Of a stretch of DNA of 60,000 bases, positions 1 to 11,567 are shown piece after piece. This DNA comes from Camelus dromedarius. Lineage: Eukaryota. Position 1 is the first letter of the stretch, and each line of letters opens with the position of its first letter. The notes beneath the pieces are model-generated. The model was not told the origin of the DNA. It was given only the letters and a program-made list of their open reading frames with translations, and did no database searches. The position numbers were made by a program, and so were the translations under genes. Where the stretch lies: NCBI RefSeq assembly GCF_036321535.1, contig NC_087437.1, positions 109,370,001-109,430,000 on the forward strand, given 5' to 3'.

Positions 1-1201
1 AAGTTAGTATTACTACATGTGGATAATAAGAATAAAAAAGGGGAACTGGCACTTGTTGAAGAACTGCCTGCTTACCTCAAAATCCCCCCTTTGGTATAAA
101 GCTGTCCTTTAAAGCTGAATGTACCTGGGTTTAAAAGAATATCAACCGTTTCTGTTACGTGCTTAGGTGGGTGTGTAGGTAAACCCTATTTTGTCATTTT
201 GGGGACAATTGTCTTTCATTCCTTCACCAAATAAGCATTATAAATGGCATCATTAGCTCAACACTCCAACACACTCTCCTTTTTTCCTAATAGAGGAGTG
301 CTGACAGATACCAAAAACCTACAGTGAAGTGAGGTATACACAGGACTGGGGAAGCCCCGAGAAAGTGAGATCTCATAGAAACAGAAGAAAGTTATTTATA
401 GGAGCCAGACCTCATTCAGGAGCAGACTCTAAGAGTCAGCCACTCCCCACTCCTCTTCCTTCTCATAGCTGCCAATTTGACAAAATTGAGTTTCAGCGTC
501 TTTGATAGGAGGAGTTGAGGGACGCACACCTAAGGACACGTGCATTCTTTATTCATTTATTTTTGAGATTTGTAGGTGTGAGCTTGTCAGTGAGACATTC
601 GAAGTCTTTGGGGCTCTCCGTGTAATCAGCTTCTGAATGCCCGGGTTCCACGGTTTCCAGAGGAGGAACTCCGACCTCGTTCCTTCCTCTGTTCCTCTTC
701 CTTATCTGCTCTTGTCTCTCCCTTTTCTACCCATCCTGTTCCTTTTCTCCTAAGGTCAATTCTCTCTCTTTCTGTTACTTAAGCTGAGCTGAGCATGACT
801 TCTCTTATAACTTCGATGGGCCATGGAAGGTTTAGAAAAAGCAAAGCTAAGAAACTAGCTTAGTTTCAAGGAAGAGAGGTGGAGCTCTCCCTCCCACCCC
901 GACCGCTTTGCTTTTTTCTAAATTGTCCCAGCCAAGTCAGTGTGTGAGGAAAGTAAGCAGGAATTTGTGAGTTCCTCAAATGGAGGCAAGGAACCAAATG
1001 AAGATTAAAAAAGAGCTTTTTTTTTTTTTTTTTTTAATTGTAACTCTTGAGAAGTGGAGCATGACAGATGGAGTGCAGGAGGGTGAGAAACCTCCACGTC
1101 CACGTGCCTGGGCTTCCCATGTTCACTTTCATCTCTTGCAGTCACACCTCACATGTACCCAAAGTGTAAGAAGTATTGTTAGCATCTTTCACATAAACTA
1201 T

Positions 1202-1354
1202 TTTTTCTATTTTTTTGGGGGGTGGGGGCTCAAGCAATGGAGGATGTATTTATTGTCAGTTGTCATATATGGACAGATTTACATTGAAATGATTTCCCTC
1301 TGTGATTTTTTTAAAATTATTTTCATTCAAAAATTTTTTTCTTTTTCTATTTTT
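1202..1354 (-). pseudogene. Short 5'-truncated retrocopy of an unidentified polyadenylated RNA 3' end
   Basis: Direct repeat TTTTTCTATTTTT at 1202-1214 and 1342-1354 (candidate TSD). On the minus strand, AATAAA lies ~25 nt before a C-run and an A-rich end. The insertion site is A-rich and resembles an L1 endonuclease site. Confidence 0.45.
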
Positions 1355-1446
1355 ATTATATGAACTATATAAAAATATTTTCTGTTTTCTGTTACATGAA
1401 TAAGATTGAGTACAGATCATAAATTAGTCCTTCTAGACTGGCCATA

Positions 1447-2325
1447 TGTGATATTGTAATTTATAATAAGAAATGTATATTTGGTCTCCAACCTCGTTTC
1501 TGGAGCTAAACTCCTAAAACCCTTGAAATTTCTCAAGTGATGAGATCAATAAAGGAGTCTTTTGTTATATTAATGAGGTGGCTTTTGGAAAACACCTTAG
1601 GATGGAGGCTGGTTGCTAGGAGAACCAACCATATGACTAGAGGGTTGGAAATTTCAGTCCCAGCCCCTTGACTTCTCCTTGTAGAATTGCCTGCTCATCT
1701 TGAAGTTGTTTCTTCAGTATAAAGTTGTCTTTTAAAGCTGCATGTACCTGGGTTTAAAAGAATAAACCAGCGAGGGGAGTGGGACTGGAGACTGAGTTCA
1801 GTTGCCAATGGTTAATGATCTAATCAACCGTGCCTATGTGATGACTTTACAGAGTTCAAAAGAATGGGTTTTGGAGAGCTTCCAGATTGGTGACCATGTG
1901 AAGATTTGGGGAGAGTGGTGTGGCTAGAGAGGGCATGCAAACCCACACTCATTTTGCATACCTTGCTTATGCATCTCTTCCTGAGGTATATCTTTGTGCA
2001 ATAAACAAGTCATCTAGTAAGTAGAATGTTTCTCTGAGTTCTGCAAGCTGCCCTAGAAAATTAATCAAACCCAACGAAATGGCCATTGGAGCTCCAACCT
2101 AAACCTGGGCAGTCAGAAGCACAGGTGACAATCCAGATGTACATGAAGGAAAAGGCAGTTTTGTAGGACTGATCCTTTAACCTGTGGAATCTGTGACACC
2201 ACCTCCAGACAGGTGGTGTCAGAATTGAGCTGAATTGTAGGACACCCAGCTGGCATTGGAGAACTGCTTGATGGTGTGGGGAAATTCCCCCTCGCCCAAC
2301 ATATATTCTGGAATTGGAATCAGAT
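1447..2325 (+). mobile_element. MER21-like ERVL-class solo LTR, interrupted by a ~90-bp insertion
   Basis: Starts TGTGATATTGTAATTTATAATAAGAAATGTATATTTGGTCTC. Contains CTCCTAAAACCCTTGAAATTTC, GCCAATGGTTAATGATCTAATCAACC and GAATTGTAGGACACCCAGCTGG, matching the recalled MER21 consensus. Collinear with the copy at 55698-56490. Confidence 0.85.
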
Positions 2326-3019
2326 AGTTAGGGACCAGCCTCTGTCTTACCACCAACAGGAAGCTTGTAGGTCATCATTGACACATATCCCAAGTCTCTT
2401 CTTCAACTCATCCAACATTTACAGCCTGAGGTCAAGGCAAATGATAATTTAGAACACATTGTCCAAACAGAAGGAATGGATCAGAAAGTGGAAGAGGTTG
2501 GATTTCACACAAATTAGATGAGTTGTGGAAAATGAGCAGTTTTTCTCTTAATAAATGTGTGTATTTGGGCTTTGTTTACGAGGGCCTATGGGTCCTCATC
2601 TTGGTATTTCCTGTTGTATTCTGCTAAGAGGAACAGACGCTGGTGCATCTCTCACCCGAGCAAAGGTGCCACATGTGTTCACTCAACAAAGGATGTGAAA
2701 AATAAGGTATGTGCCCACATTCTGGAGTAGTTTTAAAACTCAAAATCAACTTTTTGAATGAGGTGACCTGGAGGCGTGGGGACAGGGCTACCCAGGGAAT
2801 CCTCGGGGGTGTGGCCCCCTTGAGCCACGGCAACTGCTCACTGAGCTGTGTGGTGACGTTGCTGTCACCTCTGTCTTCTTCTTTTCGATTTCTCCCCTTT
2901 GCAGTGGGAATATCTGTCTTAGGCCTGTTTCAACATTGTATTTTGCACATCGCTTGTTGGGCTTCACAAGTTCACAGCTGGGGAAGCATCTTGCCTCGAG
3001 ATGGCCTGGGGCCTAACTT

Positions 3020-3168
3020 GTATCTGATTTAGGTGAAATTTAGGTGAGACTTTGGCTTTAGACTTTAGAGGTAATGCTGGAACACCGTAAGAACTCTGAG
3101 GCTGTTAGGATGAAATGCATGTATTTTCACATGAGAAAGACATGAATTTTGGAAGGGCCAAGGCCAGA
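3020..3168 (+). mobile_element. MaLR (MLT1) internal 3' fragment with polypurine tract
   Basis: GAGACTTTGGCTTTAGACTTTAGAG...GACATGAATTTTGGAAGGGCCAAGGCCAGAA directly precedes the MLT1A LTR. Confidence 0.7.
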
Positions 3169-3512
3169 ATGCTATGGACTGTTTGTGCCCCTTCCCACCA
3201 AATTTATGTGTGGAAGCCTTAATGTGATATATTTGGAGGTGGGGACTTTGGGAAGTAATAACATCCTAAGAGCGGAGCCCTCATGGTGGGATCAGTGCCC
3301 CATAAGTAGAGGAAGATTCTCTCTCTCCACCATGTGAGGATGGGAGAGAAGATAGCTGTCTACAAGCCGGGAGGCCTGTTCTCACCAGACACCAGATCTG
3401 CTGCCATCTTGACTTGGACTTCCCAGCCTCCAGAGCTGTGAGAAATAAATATTTGCTGTTTAAGCCACCCAGTGTATGGTATTTGTCTTAGCAGTCCATG
3501 CTAAGCTATACA
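3169..3512 (+). mobile_element. MLT1A-like MaLR LTR
   Basis: TGCTATGGACTG start; CACCATGTGAGGA; GGACTTCCCAGCCTCCAGAGCTGTGAGAAATAAATATTTGCTGTTTAAGCCACCCAG; ends in ...CA. Confidence 0.9.
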
Positions 3513-3899
3513 TCATCTTATTTTTTACCCCAGGAGCTTTGAAACTGAAAATGGACAATTTTAACAGAAATCACATCTATGCATGTAACATTCTTTTCCA
3601 ACAGGATTCTGAATTTATAGCACAGTGATTTAAGGTAAGCAGAGAAGTGTTCACTTGAAATCTCAGTACAAATTTAGGTAGTAGAATCCCTTTACCATGG
3701 GAGTGTTTTTCTCTCTCTCTCTTTCATAGATTCCTGCACCAATGAGTTCAAGCTATGGCATAGATAGTAATGCTTTGTGATCGCATGGACACAAATGGAA
3801 GCCACAGAAGTCTATGTCCTGCACAGGTAGCAGGTTTTCTTGGTTTCTGTATGAAGAACAGACTGAAGTGGGGAAAGGGGCAAGATTAGCTGCAGAGAG

Positions 3900-4335
3900 A
3901 TCTGCTCCTGGAGAGGGTTTGATAATAGGCTATTATAATAAGGGGCACTACAATAATCCAGGTGAGAGATGATGACGGTCTGGTACAGGTGTTGTGGTAT
4001 GGCAAAAAGTGGTTGAGTTCTAAATAAAAATTGAAAGTAGAGCTGGCAGGACTTGCTGAGGAACTCTAGGTGAGAAGAAGATGATCAAGAATGACATCAG
4101 ATTTTTGGCCTGATACTGCCGTTCACCAAGATGAAGAAAAAGTATGATGATTTTACAATGTCTGTTACAGCAGAGGTGTCAACCAAGAAGTCACATTTAT
4201 TGGTCTGGATTTTGTGGGCGAGGTTCTGACCTGGAAATAGAAATTTGGGAGTCATCACCGAAGGTGATGTTTAAGTTGTATTTAAAGCCGTAAAACTGGA
4301 TGACATCACCCAGGAGCAAGTATAGACAGAGAGAG
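3900..4335 (-). mobile_element. L2 LINE fragment
   Basis: AATAATCCAGGTGAGAGATGATG, ATTTGGGAGTCATCA and TTTAAAGCC...GGATGACATCACCCAGG are typical of antisense L2. Confidence 0.75.
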
Positions 4336-4561
4336 GCAAAGACAGGAGAGATACAGTCACAAGCCAAGGAATGCTTGGAGCCACCAGAAGCTGGAAGAGC
4401 CAGGAACTGAATCTTCCCTAGTGCCTTCGGAGGAAGTGTGAGCCTGCTGATGACTTGATTTTGGACTTCTGGCCTCCAGAACTGTGAGGGAATATATGCC
4501 TGTTGTTTTAAGCCAACCAGTTTGTGATAACTTGTTTCAGCAGCCACAGGAAACTAATACA
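4336..4561 (+). mobile_element. MLT1C-like MaLR LTR, 3' half
   Basis: CACAAGCCAAGGAATGC...CCACCAGAAGCTGGAAGAG...GGACTTCTGGCCTCCAGAACTGTGAG...CAGCAGCCACAGGAAACTAATACA. Confidence 0.9.
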
Positions 4562-5907
4562 GTATCCCAATTGTCTTAAGAAAGTTTCAATAGTGGCTGC
4601 TTATAATTACTGCATTTTTTTCCCTCTTTGTAAAAATGTTACTTTATTTAGTACTCCAAAAACAATCTCTAGCTCTCTAATGATTTTGCAAATAAATCTA
4701 AGTAGCTGTACCACACAATACATTGAGTTTCTTTGTTTATAACATTTTTCTTGAACATACAATAAACATGGAAATTGGGTTTCCATGAACCCTGCTTACT
4801 GCCTTAACTAGCTGTTGTGTGCCTGATGTGACAGCCCTCGAGGTCGCCCAGGAAGGAAGGATAAAGCTATTAGCTGACAATCAGGAGATGGAAGCTTTAG
4901 TGGTGTTGACTCCCATTTTGCTTTCCTGTGGAATAATAGCCATTCCAGAAGCTGTCAACAGAAAACAAGATGGCAATTTGATCTATTCCTTTGCTGATAG
5001 CTGCTCCTTAAATATACAGTATTATATTGCCTCTCTTTATTGCCACATCTATAATTCTAGTTTATTACTTTATAAGCAATTTACTATATACTTACATTTA
5101 TTGCACCTTTAATTTCAAGGCTACACATTTAAATTCTGATCCCCTTAGATAAATACTCTCTTCCCACTCAGCTTACCTCTTGTTGTTTACTTCTGGAGAC
5201 TAAAACAGTCCTGGTAAAGATTTCATGGCAGGTGAATTTTGGTGGGAAGCAGGTGTTTCTTGACCTAATGAAGAGTGAAAGGATAAGGGATACCTGGGTT
5301 TTTACCTTTCAAGAAGTCCTGGGTAGGGACAGAGCTGTGGGTAAGGATGAGGACAGACTCAATGGTCTGGCTGTAGCCCAAACGTACTACAAGTGTCTTC
5401 AGATATCATGTCCTTTGTAAAGGGAGAATGAGATTGAGGTCCCCTGCCCTGGACAATAACCGTGCCCAAGCTCTCTCCTTGATGTCTCAAAGATTACTGA
5501 ATGAATTCAGCAGGAATGGCTTTTGAGGAGGAAGAAAATATGTCAGTGGGGTAAGGAATTTCTTCAATTATTCCAGTTATGGGAAAGGCCAGTTAAGGGA
5601 AAGGCTATGGGTTATGGGCAGTTTAGTAGATGCTGCCAGTAATTTTTTCTTAATAAATTGGAGTTGCACATAAAAGAAAAAAAGTTATCCAAAGCCAAAG
5701 GTACTCTTACTCCAGTGTTATTCAATATGCAATTTAATTCAGTTCATTAGACTTCATTGGCTACCCAGTCATGTCTAAGACTATGTTAGCCATAGTGAGG
5801 GATGAAAGCACTTGGTTCTTGCCCTCAGCAGTGCTTCCAATCAATTGGGAGAGGGTGAACCATTGGTGGTAGATCACAGAAAAAAAAAAGAAAGAAAGAA
5901 ACTACTT

Positions 5908-6055
5908 CGGGAACTATATTCAATATCTTGTAGTAACCTATGGTAAAAAAAGAATGTGAAAACGAATATATATGTTCATGGATGACTGAAGCATTATGCT
6001 GTACACCAGAAACTGACACATTGTAAACTGACTATACTATACATTAATAAAAAAT

Positions 6056-6057
<2 letters not shown>
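5908..6057 (+). mobile_element. Lineage-specific (camelid-type) L1 3' terminal fragment
   Basis: GGGAACTATATTCAATATCTTGTAGTAACCTAT...TGCTGTACACCAGAAACTGACACATTGTAAACTGACTATACT followed by AATAAAAAA. Homologous to the fragments at 14187 and 14698. Confidence 0.85.

Positions 6058-6087
<30 letters not shown>
6058..6087. repeat. (TG)n microsatellite
   Basis: ~15 perfect TG units. Confidence 0.98.
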
Positions 6088-6090
<3 letters not shown>

Positions 6091-7048
6091 GAAACAACCT
6101 TTTGTACAGCAGTCAATTACTCTATTAGAAACTAGAAACCCACTCTGTCCCCTGCAATGTGGAGTCTTTCTTGATTCTTACAGCCAGGGGTGAACTCCCC
6201 CCTCTCTTTTGATGACATATAATCTAGTGCATATTTGAGAAGTTCATTTTGATGTAAGATTGTTAAGTTGGGAGTCTAACTGTTTCTTGAGGGTAGGGAC
6301 AGAGTAAATTGTTACTTCACCCTCTCTGCCAGGACTAAATGCAATGATTCGGACGCAGTGCATTGTCTCCAACAAATGACCATTCAGTTGAATTGAGTCT
6401 CTTCTTTGGGCTTTAACATCCTGTCTGATAAAGTAGGAAGTTCTGCCAAGACGAAGGGGCTTATGAGAGAGGCAGGGAAGGAGGGTGGTTGTTGAGGTGC
6501 ACAGAGACTGCCTGACTTTCCCCATCACTGCCTTTTTAGCAGTTGATTGCTCCTCTCAACCATTATGGCCCATTGTCCCCGAGCACTTTCAGAGCTCTGA
6601 TCCTCTCTAAACGCTCATTCTCATCAGACTGCCAGCACCTTCACATCATGGAGGAATGGCTCATCTCCTATTCAACTACAGATTTCAGGCGAGAACCAGG
6701 AATAGTGCCAAAGGATTCATGCCAAACATTTATTCTTATGCAAGTCTGTGATCACTTGAATATCTCTTGAGAGCAACTATATTTTTAACTTTTAACATCT
6801 CATTTAAATGACGAAAGGTTTCATTTATCTACTTATTAATTAAATGAATGGAATATGCTAAGTTCACAACCTACAGTTCGGGGAAGCTGTGGTAGACATT
6901 TCATCATATTTTTCTGGTTTTCTTCCCCCTCTATTTCTGCTGTTTCTTCAACTGGAATTTCTTCTTGCTGAGAAGGAAATACTGCTATTAAAAATGAGAA
7001 CTGATGTCTGAAGCCAGAACAAATGGAAGCTCATAGCTCTGACAGAGC

Positions 7049-7335
7049 AGTATTTACCAATGTGTGTGCATAGAAGTCACCCATGAGATGCCACACACAA
7101 AGGGAGTTCAGTGGTCAAATAAGTTTGGGAAGCACTGCTGAGTACCATCCCTTTCTGGAAATTCACACTGCACAATAACATATAAAAATCTCTCAGAAGT
7201 CCTATAGTAAAGAAAGCAATTTGACTCTCTTTAACCCAGTGTTCCTCAAATTCATTTGATTATAGGATAGTTTTCCTTGCAACTAGGATGTACAGTGGAA
7301 TTGCTATCCTGAGAAACACATTTTAAAAAATTTGA
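7049..7335. mobile_element. Non-autonomous hAT-Charlie-type DNA transposon (MITE-like; subfamily uncertain)
   Basis: CAGTATTTACCAATGTGTG start and AAACACATTTTAAAAAATTTG end form degenerate TIRs. Internal inverted pair GGTCAAATAAGTTTGGGAAGCACTG / CAGTGTTCCTCAAATTCATTTGAT. Confidence 0.65.
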
Positions 7336-8379
7336 TCTAGTGACCTGCTCTCCTTGGGACTGACTAAATAATCTGTGGTCTTAAATGCTGTTTTTGTGCT
7401 CATTTTAGTGAAAAGTTAAACATCAAATTCTTGATCAGAAATATAAACACCCTAGATATGACAGTTTTTTTTTGAAAAACTAATATTAGATTCATACTAT
7501 CAATTTTTACCTCTTTTTCCCATTTACAAGAATAATCTAAGCATGGAGATTGTATTTCTATGAAAAAAAGATCTTTTAATTAATCATCTCAAAGATATGT
7601 TGTAGGCAAGATGCAAGTTCTTAACATGATGTAAATGTTTTAAAATGCAAAGGCTTTTGCTGCATTTTGTTCTTATTTCTTTTTCTTATTCTTTTCCTTT
7701 AGGTTTTAATATCTCTGCCTATTTATTTGAAAAAAAAAAGTCCTTTTAATGAAATTTTTCATTCACTGATTAAAACATTGTTCAAAATGGTATACTAGGC
7801 AACAACAGTCATTTAGAACATCTAAAAAGATTACAAAATCTCAAATTTAAACACTCACATATTTTATTACATTCCCCTTCTGTTAAAGAGTCTCAAATTG
7901 GAATTTTCTATTTGTTATTGTTCAAGTCACCTAGAGTCCAGAAAGTATTTCAGTTGCACATACTCTTCTAGATTTGCTCAGTCACATTCTAATATCTAAC
8001 ACTATAAAATGAACAGAGTTTGCACTGACATGAATAATGAATAAACTCTATGGAAGTCATTTCTCAGAGAAAATTTCTTTGTGAAACATTTAGGTCCCAG
8101 ATGAAGAGAGATAAACTCAACTAATATGCATATTCAGGAAAGCTACAAGTCGATCAAAAATAAAGCACAGTTAAATGTCATGTCACAGAGGGATCTGTGT
8201 TTGGAATGCTGCTTAGAGGAACTTTTGGAGAAACATGTGCCATTTATTTTAAAAGTGCTGAAATCTGGAAATTCTCTTTGCTGCTCATTTACATATATTT
8301 TAAAATACGCTGTTCTCTGTGAACTCCCACAATGGACACCACAGTCTGGTGTGTGTGCATACATCATTTTTCCCCCTAA

Positions 8380-9270
8380 ATAATTTTATTGAAAAAGTAC
8401 AGACTTGTAAATTGAGTAAAATGTTGAAAGAAGGGGAAAAACAACAAAATCTCATCACACCACTGTGAAACAATTATTATTAACATTTCGGTGAATTTCC
8501 TTCTATTTTATTCATAACTATACAATTCTGAATTTTCTTTAAAATAATTAAGATGGAACTATCCTATTATCTCCTGCCATTTTCACTAACACCATACCAT
8601 AGACATCTTCCCCCCAAAATAACCCTCCCTTTTAGTGTTGTCTAATACCTTATTGTTTGGATAGATCATGGTTGACTTAATTAATCTCACTTTTTTTTTT
8701 TTGGTAAGTTGTTACTAATTCTTTACTGTTATTAATCCTATTATGATTGACATTTGGTGTGTTCCATGATTTCACTGAAAGAAAAATGCTTTGAAATGTA
8801 GCTATTCAGTCGTAAGCTTTTGTTACATAACTTTACATTGCCATGCAGAAATGAAGGATGACAAATTTATACTTGCATCCACTGTGTAGAAATCCCCAAC
8901 TGAACGGCAATCTTGCTGAAAATCTGTATGGTTTTTATGTTAGTTTCAGACAAAGTATTTATTATTACTTAAAATTGCATCCCTTTGAATACAGATGAGT
9001 TTAATTTTTAAAACTTATTTACTACCTATTGGTACGTCTGTAATGTTAAACTATATGTTTCTGTCTTTTGTCTTTTTATATCTTGAGATATCATTGTTTT
9101 TGTTATTGGTGTAAGTTGCTCTCTTATCTTAAGGATGCAAAGCATTTGACATTTTTTTTTTTTGCAAATGTTTCCAGCTTATTATTCAGCTCTTAATGCT
9201 GATTAGATTTTTAGGCAGAGAAATTCAAGTTTTTATAATGTCAAATATTTGATTATTTTTCCTTCAAACA
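8380..9270 (-). mobile_element. Old L1M (L1ME-like) 3' fragments
   Basis: T-rich degenerate sequence with L1M motifs such as ACAAATTTATACTTGCATCCACTGTGTAGA and TTGCAAATGTTTCC. Confidence 0.6.
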
Positions 9271-9278
9271 TGAGACAT

Positions 9279-9635
9279 TTGTAATAGTTATTAATATTTC
9301 TGGTTCTTTCCTTTCTGAATGTATGAATGGATTGCACCTGACTGTCTTTGACTGGAGCTGTGTCCAATGACTTGTGAGCAGAATTTACATGAGTCATTTC
9401 CCTGGACAGAAGGAAGAATCAGTGAGACAACTTTCTTCTGTTTCTCTCGGTCCTGGTGGTGGGGACAATAGAGTTACTCCCTCAGCCTGGAATTCAGAGG
9501 GATAAAATGTGAAGCAGAACCTGTAACAGACTCACTTTGGCATTTTAGCAGGAAAATATCTTTGGCTATTTAAAGCCCTTCTTCTGCGGGTGAGTCACTT
9601 GTTAACAATAATTGAATCTAGCCTTGCGAGACTAC
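9279..9635 (+). mobile_element. Old MLT1 (I/J-like) MaLR LTR
   Basis: CCAATGACTTGTGAGCAGAA...GAGTCATTTCC; CTCCCTCAGCCTGG; TTTAAAGCC...CACTTGTTAAC. Interrupts the L1M. Confidence 0.6.
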
Positions 9636-9639
9636 GGGA

Positions 9640-11200
9640 ATATTTACAATTAAAAATTTCTCCTCTATCCATCAAATTGATAAATATTTACATATATTAT
9701 TACTATTAGGATTTTAAACTTTTTTATTTCTTATAATTTAGTTATTTTGTCCATTTAAAGTTTATTCTGGTATATGGTGTTAGGGGAAAAACTAATATAA
9801 TCTATATCTATATCTATATAGATATATAAAACTTGTATATATATTTTTATACATATCTACTAATGTGTTACACAACCTTTGAATTCATCATATTTTGTAT
9901 TCTTGTATAACTTAAGTTCTGGACTATTCTCTTTTGCTGACTTTTCTGCTCATTATCTTCAAATATCCACCATTGTTGTGTTGTTTATTGCATTGACCAT
10001 ACTTTAATTAAATGCTTGAGCTATTATATAATTACATGAGTGTTCTTTTGAGCTCAAATGTTCTTAAAACATGAGGTTGCAAATCAAGTATATTAATTTT
10101 CATATTATTTTGTCAGGCCAAAACATGGTAAATTGCTAACGTAAGGAAGCAGTAACTCCTCCCCTCACAATAAATACCAAGGAATCAATGTTTGATTTTT
10201 TGAGAAATTAAAAAATAATAACACCAGTGTGACTTTTGTGGATCTCTCCTTGCACGTAAACTGTATTTACTGTCATTTTGGCTGTTAAAAAATTTATAAA
10301 TTTGTCTACACTTCTTAAAAAATTTATTAAAGCATTTGAGTTTGCACATTTACTTCTCCATATAGCTTTGGCAGTATTCTGTATGTTTTAACATGTGTTT
10401 TTTGCATTTTTATTATTTTATAAATCTTTTTAAAATACATAAATTATATCCTCATTGACTCAAAAGTTAGTCAGAGTGATTTTTAAATTTCAAAGTTTGA
10501 GGTCTCGTTAAATATTTATTTTTCTTATTTTAACACCTAAGTACATTATTGGAAATTCAGAAAATATAGGAAAAAAAGGAAAAAGAAAATTTAAAATTCT
10601 ACCACTCAGAGACTTAACAATATCAAGATTTAGGTGTATTTTCTTCCAATCTGTTTTCCTTTTCAATATATAGATATACAGTGGAATCATATTGCACATA
10701 AGATGTTGTGTTTTTGTGTTTTTCTCTTAATGACATTTCCTCTTATTTAATACTTAGCAAAATATAATTTTAATGCTGTATAATACTCCACTTCAAAAAA
10801 CAAAAGTTTATTTAGATAACTCTATTGTTAGAAATATCTTTATTTACAATTCTTTTCTATCAAAAATAATGCTTCAATCAATATATCTTTGTGAAAAAAT
10901 TGCTCATTTCCTCAATTCTTTTATATGAATTTCTGGGTTTAATAATATGTTCATTTTAAAAGATCTTGATGCATATTGCCTAACTGCCTTCAGGAAAGAT
11001 TGCATCAATTCACATGTCTACCATTAGTACATAAAAGTGCACGTTTCTCTGAATTTCTAGGCACTGTAAATAAAAAAATCAATTCCTTGGGCAAAAACTT
11101 TGCAGTTGATGGTCATTTAAACCCACATTTCATTAACTATTAATGAAGCTGAACATTTTCTAACGACATCCTGTTGTATTTCGTTGTAATTGTTCTTTCT
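9640..11200 (-). mobile_element. Old L1M fragments (several)
   Basis: Motifs TTTATTCTGGTATATGGTGTTAGG, GATGCATATTGCCTAACTGCCTTCAGGAAAGATTG and AAGCTGAACATTTT in degenerate T-rich sequence. Confidence 0.55.
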
Positions 11201-11209
11201 TCAAAATTC

Positions 11210-11295
11210 TTTTTTAAATTAGAGGTGCTGGGGATTGAACCCAGGACCTTCTGCATGCTAAGCATGTGCTCTGCCACTGAGGTATACTCTCCCCC
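11210..11295 (-). mobile_element. tRNA-Ala(AGC)-derived SINE (camelid Vic-1 type)
   Basis: Minus strand reads GGGGGAGAGTATACCTCAGTGGCAGAGCACATGCTTAGCATGCAGAAGGTCCTGGGTTCAATCCCCAGCACCTCT followed by an A-rich tail. A-box, B-box and the AGC anticodon loop are recognisable, but the 5' end is altered and the stems are mismatched. Confidence 0.85.
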
Positions 11296-11567
11296 ATTTC
11301 TCCCATTCTTAATTCCTGCTTCTCGCTCATTTTGAGTGGGGTATCCATATTCATCTTGCACATTTGTACATTAAAGAAATAAGTTATCTTCCCATATTTG
11401 CTTCAGATACTTTTTTTAACTTTGCTATACCTTTTAATTTTATTTAACTTGTTTTTTCTGATCATGAAAGTTTTATATTTTTATGTAATTTTATCCATCT
11501 TTTTATAGTGAAGACATTTACTCTTCTTTTTGGAAACTGTTTCCCACTCATGCCTCCTTACCATTCT

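Noticed and set aside
980..1363. 127-aa ORF
   Set aside because: Runs through a poly-T tract and the AT-rich retrocopy; low complexity, no recognisable domain or splice structure.
11210..11295. Functional tRNA-Ala gene
   Set aside because: Altered 5' end, stem mismatches, an A-rich tail instead of a T-run terminator, and location within L1 debris indicate a SINE.
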